Source: Neoechinorhynchus agilis
Lineage: Eukaryota; Animalia; Acanthocephala
Reading direction: 5' to 3'
Length of the DNA: 64,000 bases
Assembly (NCBI GenBank): GCA_051530055.1
Contig: CM121342.1
Span: 13,779,480-13,843,479 of the forward strand
The first letter of the stretch is position 1, and each line of letters begins with the position of its first letter. Shown here in pieces: positions 50,048-60,727 of the stretch. The notes beneath the pieces are model-generated. The model was not told the origin of the DNA. It ran no database searches and saw nothing but the letters and a program-made list of their open reading frames with translations. Both the position numbers and the translations under genes were made by a program.

Positions 50048-50908
50048 ATGTTCAAAACTTATCAAATCAGTTTTTTATTGGGCATTATATTAATATCGAT
50101 CAGATCCGAAATCCTGTCTCAAATTCACATGATATGGCTTGACGGGAACATTCCAGAGAAATACATAAAATATATCGAAGAATGCAAATCACTCAATCCC
50201 ACGTACAATCTTTCAATGTGGAACAACGAGGACATCTATGAACTAATGCGAAACGAATACGCGCAATTCATCGACTTATACAATCAATTAGAGTCCGTCG
50301 AGAAAACAGATTTAGCTCGATTAATGATACTGCATTCGAAAGGTGGAATTTATATGGATATCGATCATAAATGCCTTAACGTCGGGTTCATCAATGGATC
50401 GATACTTAAAAATGATATTCCTGATAATAAAGCCTTTACAAATGAAAGCTTGGGATTAGAACACGATACAGATGTTCTTCTAAGGAGAATCGGATTTGGA
50501 TTATCAAACAGTTTCATGGCATCGAAAAAAGGAAGCGATTTCGTTTTAAGGTTGATGGAAAGAATAGATAAATGGCGATTTAGATACCTAAGGAGCATGC
50601 CTTACGTTCATACAATGATATCCAGCGGTCCCTTTGCACTAAGCTCGTTTGTTCGTTCATACGGAGGACAGTCAAAGATCACTTTAATATCGAATGACGC
50701 AGCCAACGAAGTATTTTTGCATTTCAGGGAAGGTTTATGGCACCGATGGGACGGTAAGGTGTTCTTTTTCCTGAACAATCACACAATGATGATCGTACCT
50801 CTTGTATGCGTTTTCATCGGTTTTTGTTTTAGAATGTTCATGATGCGACGGCGATTGCCTTGGAGAAGAAATATTCGCTTAAATTTGCTTTTGACTAGAT
50901 ACAAATAG
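50048..50908 (+). CDS. Glycosyltransferase family 32 (DXD), SUR1/CSH1-like, intronless
   Basis: N-terminal hydrophobic anchor; QIHMIW, NPTYNLSMWN, KTDLARLMILHSKGGIYMDID, SNSFMASKKG, SSGP, GLWHRWD, C-terminal TM. Confidence 0.88.
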   Translation: MFKTYQISFLLGIILISIRSEILSQIHMIWLDGNIPEKYIKYIEECKSLNPTYNLSMWNNEDIYELMRNEYAQFIDLYNQLESVEKTDLARLMILHSKGGIYMDIDHKCLNVGFINGSILKNDIPDNKAFTNESLGLEHDTDVLLRRIGFGLSNSFMASKKGSDFVLRLMERIDKWRFRYLRSMPYVHTMISSGPFALSSFVRSYGGQSKITLISNDAANEVFLHFREGLWHRWDGKVFFFLNNHTMMIVPLVCVFIGFCFRMFMMRRRLPWRRNIRLNLLLTRYK

Positions 50909-51338
50909 CACCAAATGCAGGCGAGAAAATAAACATTTAAAACGATTCCGGGTTTATGTGAACCTTGAAGGAAAATTTAACACGACCCAGAATTAATTTT
51001 GTTTTAACGAAATCGGCAGCACATACATCAAAATTCGTTTTGTGAAATTTAGCGTACCTGTATGCTTCAATAGTAGGCATTGATGAATTACACACACGAT
51101 AGAGACAAAGCATCAGTGGTTGCGGCTTGGCGCAATAAAAATAGTGAACGTATTTCAGGATGTAAATCTAAGAACAATCTCTATAAACGTTGTGAGTTTT
51201 CTAGGTAAAATGGTAACAAATTAGCTTCTAATTTCTATGAAAATAAACCGTAACATAGAAAACTTATCATTTTTTATTTTATTTATCCTTACACTTAGAC
51301 CAGATTGAGTTGATTGGTCTTGTGACATCTCCTTTTTG

Positions 51339-51545
51339 GCCTCTCGGCTATATTCCTTTGGGAGCCTTTCGGCTAACTCACACACATCGGAGGCGCTCTG
51401 CCGCACTCGAAGGGACAGGGCCAACCCACTTTTTTTGGGAGGCCGATGGGTGATCTCAAACCTAAACCCACCCTTCCAGCAGCCTCGCACACCCGTGGAA
51501 CCCAGCGACCGGTGGCTTTGAACCATCGACATATCGAGCGCATTA
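51339..51545 (+). repeat. GC-rich dispersed repeat, copy of 35030-35232
   Basis: About 200 bp homology with the brat-intron copy. Confidence 0.88.
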
Positions 51546-51699
51546 TGAACGCGCACAATACACGGCCACTGGGCTCCTAAAACTTATCAAAAACGATATT
51601 TAAGTGATTTCAAGTCATCATTTTATTCAGATGTTTAGTAAATTTTAACGTGCATTGCGCATTTAAATACGATTGCTTTTCGCACTTCAACATGTTTTC

Positions 51700-54030
51700 A
51701 CAACCTGTTGTTAAATTGGAACTGGATCAGAGGGAATGCACCAACGCACATCACCGGGAACCTCCGGATGATAGAATGGATGCAAAAAAGGAGATGAGAA
51801 GAACTAATCAAGAAAAGTTTAGTATGGGATAGAATACACAGAGTACATTTTTATCCCATTTGAATGAGAAAATGAATGTTGACTTTGAAGAGATTTTGAG
51901 AAACAAAAATGAGGTGGTTATTTCAAATAATGGATTGCCGGTCCCAAACCCATCAGAGTTGCTATATCAAAAACTCCCTATTAGACAGGAAGATTTTTGA
52001 CTAAAATTAAAAAAGAGGGCATGGGTTCGTTTATAGTGGGAGATTTGGGAAGGGAATACTCCAGGGGGATGATAAAACCTAAAAAGTTACATGGCAACTT
52101 TCGCTTCCAAATTAAAAAAGTTTTGTCACTAAATGGCATGGGCTGTTCTTTTTTGTAGGTGAAAGCTATTGGAATATAAAAATATACCGTATATAGATTT
52201 ATCAAGAAGATCATCTTTGGTGGTGTTCAATCCATCGTTTAATATGGATAATCAGGACTTAGAGGGTTTAAAAAAGAAATTTGGTTTTTCGGAGATAAGA
52301 TATTTGAGCTATAAAAAAAATAGAGAGCTCTATGCTATGTTGGTGACGGACACTCAAAACAAAATTGATATTTGATGATTCCATTTTGACTACATTTTCA
52401 CGCAGTCCTTCCAACTAAAGCGATCAATAAATGGGTCAATAGGGGAGCTACATACTCTGCTTCAGCAAATCCTAGGGTTGATTCTTTAAAAGAACCAATT
52501 AGTATTCTACAAGAACAAATAAGCGTGCTGGTGGAATGCTCTTTGTATAAAAATACCATCTCTATGGATAGAAAAGTTCAAAACACAGAGGAGCAGAATA
52601 GTAAGAACATAGTTTGATTTGATGTAGAAGTTTTTCCATCAGTGGAAACACCCACAGATGAAGAGAAAAAGGTGGTTTTGCCCAGGAAAGTGCCTGATAA
52701 AGGGAGGATAGGTATAAATTCACACTAAAATTTTTTTATGAAAAATAAAAATGATAAAAAGAAAAGAAGATCCTTTTAAAATAAATATATGAATTTAAAC
52801 AGAATTATTTCATATAATGTTTCGAGATCGCCTCAACTATCACAAAATGTAAAAAAAATATAGATAAAACAGTAAATGATGTGAGTATAATCTGCTTTCT
52901 GGAATCAGGATTTATACAATTATATTCATCTAATAATTTTACATATTATCAACCATTCTCCAATATTGAGGGTCAACCCAATGTTGGATTTTCGGGATTA
53001 ATTCAAATTTTGATAAGAACTTCGTTAAACCCTAAGCTATTATGGCAACAAAATGAAGAGAATTTTGCAATACAACCCATTGCAATGGATTGTCCCATGT
53101 TAAAAGGAAGTCGGTGGATCGTAAGTCACATTTACCTTTCGCTGGGCAAAGTGGGGTGGTTCAAGACCAAAAAAATGTAATGGTTAAAGGGAAGGGAACT
53201 GGATTTTATAATTGGGGACTTCAACTACAAAACGACTAGCAGTGATGGAAGAGTGGACTAAATCATGAATAATTCATCACACACCATATCCCTCTTTTCA
53301 CAATTATTCAAGGCATGCTCACTCTTTCATTGATGGAGCGATTTAAAAAAAGAACTAAATATCTCAATTAGAACAACGGGGCAGATTTTTAAAAACAGAT
53401 CGATGGGCCACGATCTTATTACTTATGAATTGGGCCCTGGACTTAACAGCTAGAGTAATATTGTCAAACTCAACATAGAGGCTTTTATTAAGGAATAACT
53501 ATAAGGCTATCCCTGGTAAAGGATTTGGAACTGACTTTTATCAATGAACTTTTATCGAAAGTTGCAGGGAAAAATTTAATAAATTTTAAACCAAGGAGGC
53601 AAAAAAGAGTTTCTAGGGAGACAAGTGCAATAATGAGAAGAGCCATAATTGAAGACATAAAAGGAAACATTGTAATTGCTAAACAATTGAGAGAAAGGTT
53701 TTTAAAGAAATATTTTTGGAAAAGGTGAATATAGATAAGAATATTTTAATTCCAAAAATAAAAGAACAGTTAGTTCGCCGGGAGACGTGCGACTAATTTC
53801 TATTCAAAACCCAATTATTTTCGGATTGGAAAGGGTGGTGAACAACCATCTAATAAATAGATTAATAAGTAAAAAATAATACCTAACTATTGCTATGGGT
53901 TCGTCGTAACTGGGAGAGGAGTGAATTCGTTAATTGCACAACTTAACCTAGAAAATGAAGGAATTAAGGCTTGTAATAAGCTACTCTTAGAGGTGGACAT
54001 TAATAGGGCCTTCGACGCCGTAGATAGGAA
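51700..54030 (+). mobile_element. Decayed APE-RT LINE (ORF1 remnant, endonuclease, RT N-half)
   Basis: APE-like IICFLES, GLIQILIR, IVSHIY, FIIGDFN, GHDLI; RT-like ILIPK..DVRLISI..LERVVNNHL..YGF..GRG..LLEVDINRAFDAVDR; many stops and frameshifts. Confidence 0.8.
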
Positions 54031-54191
54031 TTTCAGGATCGCTACTTTCACCCACCTTTTTCTTAGTAGGAATTGCTCACCTGTTAAAAACTCAGGAAAA
54101 TAAACAATGCCAGCTCGTTGGACGGCGAAAGCTTGGTGTTTGAATATCTTTCAGTCGGATTGTCTATCAAACAATCATAACTAAATAAAAC

Positions 54192-56963
54192 ATGCGGCTG
54201 AACAACCAAGCAGCGCTTAGTAATCTTATCGACATGCGGATGGACAGTCCGATCTTCGCTGCTGCCAAGAACTACATTGCGATGTTGGAACGCCTGAAGG
54301 GCCACGAACAGCGGATTCAGTTCCTCATAAGTTGCCTCCGAAATAAAATACTCCCTGCATTCCTCGATGGTGTCCGTGTGCCGATGGGTTTTTTGCGTGA
54401 GAAGCGCATCAGGGAAAATCTATGGAGGTTCCGGTTTGTTTGCCTCAAAGTCAAGATAAGAAATACCTGGAACGATCTACAATGTTTGAGGAAGGATCTC
54501 GATATATGTAAGCAGTATTTGTCAGAAGTGTTGGGAAAGGAGGAATTTTCGCGTGTGATGGATATCGCGCTGGATGCTGGCAAAACTGCGAAGCGAACTT
54601 CCAAAGATCGAATGAAAGCGAAATATGCCGCGTTATGCGAATCGAAGGTCGATCCGAGCCGACCGAGGAGTCAAGTCCTACTCACCGACCGGATGACGTG
54701 AATTCCGGATGGAATGTTGAATAGAGATGAACGTATGGTTCTCTCACGTGGACCGTCCTTTGCACCGACACATGCACTGAGGAAAGAGGATGTATTCCAA
54801 TTGCAAGTGGACGTCGCGCGCTTAGCGTACCAACTACGGGTAAAAGCTGTTCGTGATGGGGAACGTCTGGTTGCTGCAGAGGCTAATGCACCGCCTAGTT
54901 GTGAACCTGAGTGTGTCTCGCGATCTCGACCGCGTTTTGATTTCGAAAGGAATGTATTCGCAGTACCGAGAGCTGATGACCACACCGAGAGAAAATTGTT
55001 GATGTTGCGAGAGGGCATAGAAAACTTGACGGATCGTTATATGGATTACCGCTCGAAACCGAATCTTCCGTTGAGTGAACGACGAGCACTGAGGTCTCTG
55101 AAAGAGAAAGTGCAAAAGAAGGAGATGAGGATAACAGTGAGCGATAATGCAGGTGATCTCGTGGCGATGGAAAGCAGCGTGGAAAGTGCGATGATGGGGA
55201 CGTTATTGGGTCACACTGATACATATACAATGGCGACAAAAGACGAATGTGAGCAACAGCGCAAGGAGTTGAATGCTGCTCTTCGAAAAGTGATATCGGC
55301 TCGAGAGTTGAAAGGGATGAGCAGTTTCACACACGGTCCATTACGTACGCCGGTGATGTACGGATTGGTCAAGACACACAAGATGCATATTGGTCCGGTT
55401 ACACCGCAAGCAGCCTCATTGCTGAAATGCAGACCAATCATATCTGCGGTTAATGGACCAGCGTACCGTGTTTCTCGTTTCCTGGCTTCGGCTATCGGTC
55501 CATTGCTACGGAGGACACTGGCATTTGTGAGTAATACTGATGAGCTGCTATCAACGTTGCGATCGCGACAGAATGAATTGACCAACAGTCGCGTAATGTC
55601 TTTTGATTTCGTGGCATTGTACACCAATGTGGACAACGAGGGAGCAGTACGTGCGCTGGAGAAAAGGTTGAAGGAGAATGAGGATCTTGACCTCTTTGGT
55701 CTACTACCAGACGATGTTATTGGTCTGAAACGATTGGTATTGAAGTGCAACCTTTTTCGTTATCGAAACCAGCTATATAAGCAAGTTCGTGGTCTCGCAA
55801 TGGGAAATAGTTTAGCTCCGGTATTGGCCATCCTCTACCTCGATGACCTGGAAAGACTGCACATCTATCCACATTTAGCGTCGAGTCAAGTTTACCTCCG
55901 CTATGTGGACGATGTGTTGCTGACCTTCACCGAGGATGATGAGGTCGATACCATTGAGTCACTATTAAATTCAATGGACTCGAATAGGAGGATTTAAGTT
56001 ACAAGAGACCAACCTTCGGACTACCTGCCATTCCTCAATCTCCGCTTCAAATCCGACGATGTGTCCAACTTCAATTGGTATCGAAAGCCATGCAGGAAGT
56101 CGATTGTGATGCACCGAGATTCTCACCATCCTTGGGCGATGAAAGCGGCGATATACGCTGGTATGCATAAATCGGCAACCACCTGCTCATCGTCGTGGGA
56201 CGCGAAGCGTGGAGCGGTGGAAGCAGTAAACAAGATCTTCGCGGACAACGGATATTCGACAGAGGAGATCGAAGGATTCCAGCGAGAAGTTGAAAATAGA
56301 ATTAGACGAGACGCTGGACCCATGAGGGAACGAAAGGACGATAGGCCGATCCTACGAATTCCGTACGTGAGTGAAATGTTCACGAAGAGAGTTAAAGTAC
56401 TGCTCAGACAAGCAGGGTTGAATGTGCGTATTGTGCACAGAGGGTGTAGAACGCTGCGGAGGATGCTGACGAGAACGAGGCATCATGAGGATCATCAGGA
56501 ATGCCCTCGGTCGTGCCTAATGTGCCGATACGCAGCAGGTGCGAGGATGGACGAAGAGCGTCAGCAAGCCATTGATCGTGACTGGAAGATGTGCGATCAG
56601 AGCAGTGTGGTCTACGAGATCCGGTGTGAACGGTGTCGGATTGACCGTGGCCACTTGGTCACGTACGTGGGCAAAACAGAAAGGCCACTTCGCCAAAGAG
56701 TAACCGAGCATGTACGAAACTCGTTGAACCCAAGTGCGCAATCGTATGTGACGACACCGTGGGCGAAACATTATTCGCGAGTCCACCCGGATCGAACAGT
56801 TCGGCTGTCCACGCGCATAATGTACAAAGCGCAGGATCCCGTCGAACTGTCGATAGCGGAAGCGCCGATCATCTCCCGAGAGACCCGGGATCGTGAGGAC
56901 TCTAGCGGGCATCGGTCGGTAGGACGCTCATTAACCAGAAGGATGAGTTGTCTGCCGTCATGA
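54192..56963 (+). pseudogene. PLE RT + GIY-YIG polyprotein, one frame with two in-frame stops (TGA 54699-701, TAA 55995-97)
   Basis: LSRGPSFAPT, MYGLVKTHK, CRPIISA, SFDFVALYTNV, GLAMGNSLAP, YLRYVDD, LPFLNL, VVYEIRCERC, YVGKTERPLRQRVTEH; ORFs at 54192, 54714 and 56061 share one frame. Confidence 0.92.
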
Positions 56964-56996
56964 ATCTCCTGTGAACCTCCACTCGCATTGCAGATT

Positions 56997-57035
56997 ACAC
57001 CCTGAAGAAGCTGTTGGACGGCGAAAGCTTGGTGT
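56997..57035 (+). ncRNA. Minimal type I HHR in the PLE 3' pLTR
   Basis: ACACC-CTGAAGA-A-GCTGT-TGG-ACGGC-GAA-AGCT-T-GGTGT. Confidence 0.87.
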
Positions 57036-57160
57036 TTGAATAAAATCTATCTTTAAGTCGGTTTTCTTGCGAGAGAAAGACCACCAGAAATACGAACGCA
57101 ATTCGCTAAATGGTGTATCAGAAATACGAACGCAATTCGCTAAATGGTGTATCAAAAAAT

Positions 57161-57571
57161 TAAGACACTCATACGCTACAAATTTCTTAGAAATTATGTC
57201 AAACGAAGATTTTTAAGATTACAACAAAATCTAAACTAGAGATGTCGGCAATTTTATTTACATTAATTAGTAAACAAGATTTAATGGACATAATACATTG
57301 TTTAAATATTAAGGACAGGAACATTGCATTAACAATGAAGGAATGGACAGAGTTGTCTAATACAACGACGGTTTACCTTGGGAAGGACTAGTCTTGAGAT
57401 CACTTACACAAGCCTCTTCAAGGACTTCCATTCACTCTGTATCGAGTCAATCATTAATCTTAAAAGATGAGGAAGATAATTGAATTGTTACTTATATTTT
57501 AGTTGTTTGTAATGCTCTAGAATCTTCGTTTGACATAATTTCTAAGAAATTTGTAGCGTATGAGTGCCTTA
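57161..57571. repeat. 50-bp inverted repeat (57161-57210 / 57521-57571) translating to RHSYATNFLEIMSNED; 34-bp tandem duplication just upstream
   Basis: taag(a/g)cactcatacgctacaaatttcttagaaattatgtcaaacgaagat, 1 mismatch. Confidence 0.88.
57270..57460 (+). mobile_element. Probable continuation of the LINE RT interrupted at about 54030
   Basis: KQDLMDIIHCLNI..TTVYLGK..LQGLP fits the segment between the 'AFD' and 'QG' RT motifs. Confidence 0.45.
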
Positions 57572-57757
57572 TCATTATCGATAATAAAAATTTTAATTGG
57601 TTGTTTTCTGGCGTAGAACAATTAAAATGATAAAATCCGATATGTCGGCACAATTTTGTGCCTTTATCAAGGTTTCTTGTAAGTTTTATGAACAATTTAA
57701 TCATCAAAATTGTTCTTTATCTACAAGGCCTAGAATCAAGTCTTTAAAAACAATAAT

Positions 57758-57870
57758 CATTATCGCCGATGACGCACAACCAAACGGGACGAAATACGGC
57801 TGAATGGGGGAAACTCAATGATGAGTCCAGCCTCCTTGGTAGGTATCCAAAGATCTGGAGAACTTATAAC
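57758..57870 (+). mobile_element. Partial third copy of the SINE-like/HHR-like family
   Basis: acgcacaaccaaacGGGACGAAATAC...AAACTCAATGATGAGTCCagcctcc..ggtatccaaagatc. Confidence 0.7.
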
Positions 57871-58405
57871 TGTACGGTCGTGGGCATTGGGCACAGACCG
57901 GCGCTTTCCTGACCGAAATCAATGGGCTGTGTACTCATAATTCAGCCGCGTATGATCAAACTAATCACCATCTTAAACTTATCGATAAAAAGGCAATAAT
58001 AACGCGTTCATTGTCTAATAAATACAAACAAAAGGACCCATGTACCTTTGGATCCCCATAAGCAATCTAGTTAAGAGTTGTTAAAAAATGCATTCGGATC
58101 CTTTTTGGGTGGAAAAATCCGGACGGGTGATGTCCGTTTGGGTAGAAATATTTGGTAGTTGGAAATAAGTTAGGGTTGGGTCTATCTAGTTGGGGCAAGT
58201 GCGTCCGGGTAGGAATATCCAGTCGGGGGTGTCCGTTCGGGTAGGGATTGGTGGTTATTGTTTGCAGGAGAACTTGTGAGATTCGTCTTTCCTCAGGTTT
58301 ATTTCAGATGACGTGTTCTACTAATACCTTTAGCATATCGTAAAAACATTTTAAAGCCATGTAATTGCAAATGTTGAAAAAAACAGTTTTAAATATGTGA
58401 CGTGA

Positions 58406-60301
58406 ATGTTCAAATACACTAAATGTGAAATTGATTTTCAAATTAACGACATAATTTGTTGCGGTGTCGATCGCCAAAGAAGCTTTCCCGAAGAAGCCAA
58501 AAGTATGAAGTTCACGAAAACTGCTCTCAATGTAGATGAACTTGAAATTCGTGCCAGAATGTATATCTCAAACTACAGCTACGAAAATGCAGTGTTTTAC
58601 GCCGATTTGTTATTAGCGCAAGATCCACAATGTTCAATACTTAGCGAAGTTCACGCAGATATACTTTTACGCTGTGACGACAATCAAAAGGCTTTTCGAT
58701 TCTTGAATATTTTAAAAACAAATACGAACTCGTTGCGAGGTCGACTGATATTCGCGAAACGGTGTTTTGTTCTCAAACAATTCGACGAGTTTCAAAAGTA
58801 CTTATATCTATGGACGGATGCAGCCTTTAACGAAATTCAGAATGAACAAGTAAATAGAATAGATGTTCTTTATGCTTTGTTGTACAGTTATATCTCTAAA
58901 AAAGAAGACGCCTTTATCCTTGCATCTATATTCGAAACTATTGGAAATGTTTATTACGCAAATTCGGATTTGGACAGTGCGGTAAAGGCATTTAATTTGA
59001 GCCTAAAAGTGGATCCTGCATCTATTTCGTGTATCGAGACATTGTGTGATATTCAAAGGAACAATCTCAACGTTGAAGAGATTATATATTATATTTCGCA
59101 GAACTTAAATGCAAACATCAATAAGTCGACAGAGGATATGCATCTAGCAGGGAAACGAGAGATTCCGGATGATATTGACGAATCTCAAGTTTGTTCAACA
59201 TTTAAATATATGCGAGTTTCTAACTACGCGAAACGAGTAGCATCTATTTCGTCGCAAGAAACGAAAACTATATGGATTCAAGAACCTTTAAACCAAGCAA
59301 TGGCTTTATCGGAATTTCTACAAGGTTACACTAGAGCATATCATGCTTTGTCAACTTATAAACTCGACAAGGCGGTCCTACATTTAATGAGTTCTCAGGA
59401 AAGCGTTTGGGTGCGAAGATGCCATCGTTTCGAGCTCCTTAATGCCAGAATATTCTACGAGGAAGCAACTCATAAACTTAGTACGGTTGAGTTTGAAGCT
59501 CTATTAAATCAATTCCCGTTTCGTATCGAAGGAGTCGAGTATTTTGGGTCTGCACTTCGATCGAAACGAGACATAGTCCGTCTCTTATGTTTGTGTCATC
59601 AGTTGATGGTAAATGCACCTTATCATCCAATTACATGGTTAACGCTAGGAAACTTTATGAGCTTAATTCAAGAAGTTCGGAATGCAATCAAACTATTAAA
59701 ACGAGCAATACAAACTTCGAACACAAATTTAAGACTCCAAATCTATGGTTTGAAACGTTTGTCAACAGAGTATCTTGAAAGTGGGCAGTATCGGAAAGCT
59801 AAGAATATCATAGAGATCATATATAAGAAGGATCCGATTTGTTGCAGGACTCAAATGCTCAATGCATTGACATCATTCAATGAGAAGCTGTATAAGCGTG
59901 CAATTGAACAGTTTCGATACGTGCTTCCCTTTTATCCACAGAAGTTTGAAGTCCTTCAGTACCTAGGAATTTCACTGTATAAAATTGGGAAAGGTGACGA
60001 AGCCATAAATGCCCTCCAAGAAGCAGTGGAAATCAACTCTAGTCATACCGAAGTTGTTATGCATTTAGCAGGAGTATTGATGATGAGTGATAAAGTTCAG
60101 CGGGCTCTATGTGTAATGAAACATGTGATCAATTCGAATCGTACCGAAGGTAAATTTAATTATATGCTGGCTAAGATCTACGAAATGCAAAATGATGATC
60201 AGCGGCGTCGAAATGCTTTAGCTGTATCGCGTTTTGAAGGAATTAAAGATTCCGACAAGGATCTCCTTGATTATCTCTATCCAACTAAAAACAACAAATA
60301 G
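58406..60301 (+). CDS. CDC27: Divergent CDC27/APC3-like TPR protein, intronless (631 aa)
   Basis: YISNYSYENAVFYADLL, GYTRAYHALSTY..DKAV, PFRIEGVEYF, HPITWLTLGNFMS and further TPR repeats correspond to APC3 motifs. Confidence 0.72.
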   Translation: MFKYTKCEIDFQINDIICCGVDRQRSFPEEAKSMKFTKTALNVDELEIRARMYISNYSYENAVFYADLLLAQDPQCSILSEVHADILLRCDDNQKAFRFLNILKTNTNSLRGRLIFAKRCFVLKQFDEFQKYLYLWTDAAFNEIQNEQVNRIDVLYALLYSYISKKEDAFILASIFETIGNVYYANSDLDSAVKAFNLSLKVDPASISCIETLCDIQRNNLNVEEIIYYISQNLNANINKSTEDMHLAGKREIPDDIDESQVCSTFKYMRVSNYAKRVASISSQETKTIWIQEPLNQAMALSEFLQGYTRAYHALSTYKLDKAVLHLMSSQESVWVRRCHRFELLNARIFYEEATHKLSTVEFEALLNQFPFRIEGVEYFGSALRSKRDIVRLLCLCHQLMVNAPYHPITWLTLGNFMSLIQEVRNAIKLLKRAIQTSNTNLRLQIYGLKRLSTEYLESGQYRKAKNIIEIIYKKDPICCRTQMLNALTSFNEKLYKRAIEQFRYVLPFYPQKFEVLQYLGISLYKIGKGDEAINALQEAVEINSSHTEVVMHLAGVLMMSDKVQRALCVMKHVINSNRTEGKFNYMLAKIYEMQNDDQRRRNALAVSRFEGIKDSDKDLLDYLYPTKNNK

Positions 60302-60336
60302 TTGGCGCAACTGTGTCCATTAAAAAAACTATGGAG

Positions 60337-60541
60337 ATGTGGAAGTGGGGAAAAATTATATATCAAAGAGTGACTTTAATTGGAATATTTCGTCCAATCA
60401 CACTGAACTTATTCAGTCAATTATTGTTTGTTAGACTCTATCGATAAGAAACAATAATTGACTGAAGAAGTCCAGTGTGATTGGACGAAATATTTCAATT
60501 AAAGCGATTCTTTAATATATAAGTTTTCCCCACTTCCACAT
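60337..60541. mobile_element. Palindromic pLTR pair with HHRs, 36 bp downstream of the CDC27 stop
   Basis: Inverted arms of about 90 bp; intact plus-strand HHR, degenerate minus-strand HHR (CTGAATA). Confidence 0.87.
60455..60501 (+). ncRNA. Minimal type I HHR
   Basis: TAATTGA-CTGAAGA-A-GTCCA-GTGTGAT-TGGAC-GAA-ATAT-T-TCAATTA (7-bp stem I). Confidence 0.87.
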
Positions 60542-60727
60542 ACTCATGGATTTTATCTTAAACTATAGAAAATAAAACCGCAATATTCGCAGTGTCCATG
60601 TGTATATTGTTGCTTTTGTAGAATCAATGAGAATTTTGATTCTCTCGTGTTTCTTTAAAAATTCCAAACGATAGGAGAAAATAAATGATCCACTATCTCG
60701 GATCTTCTTCAGCGATTTTCATAAAAT

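Larger units (their letters stand above)
54118..57061 (+). mobile_element. Penelope-like element, near full length, with direct pLTR repeats
   Basis: gttggacggcgaaagcttggtgtttgaata at 54118 and 57014 brackets a single-frame RT + GIY-YIG ORF; HHR in the 3' pLTR. Confidence 0.93.

Noticed and set aside
51339-51545. HDV-like ribozyme at a LINE 5' end
   Set aside because: A P1-like pairing exists in one copy, but P3/L3 geometry does not fit and it is not kept in the second copy
54699-54701. In-frame TGA as selenocysteine (as in some Naiad PLEs)
   Set aside because: Not at a Cys-type position, a second stop is TAA, and no SECIS was identified
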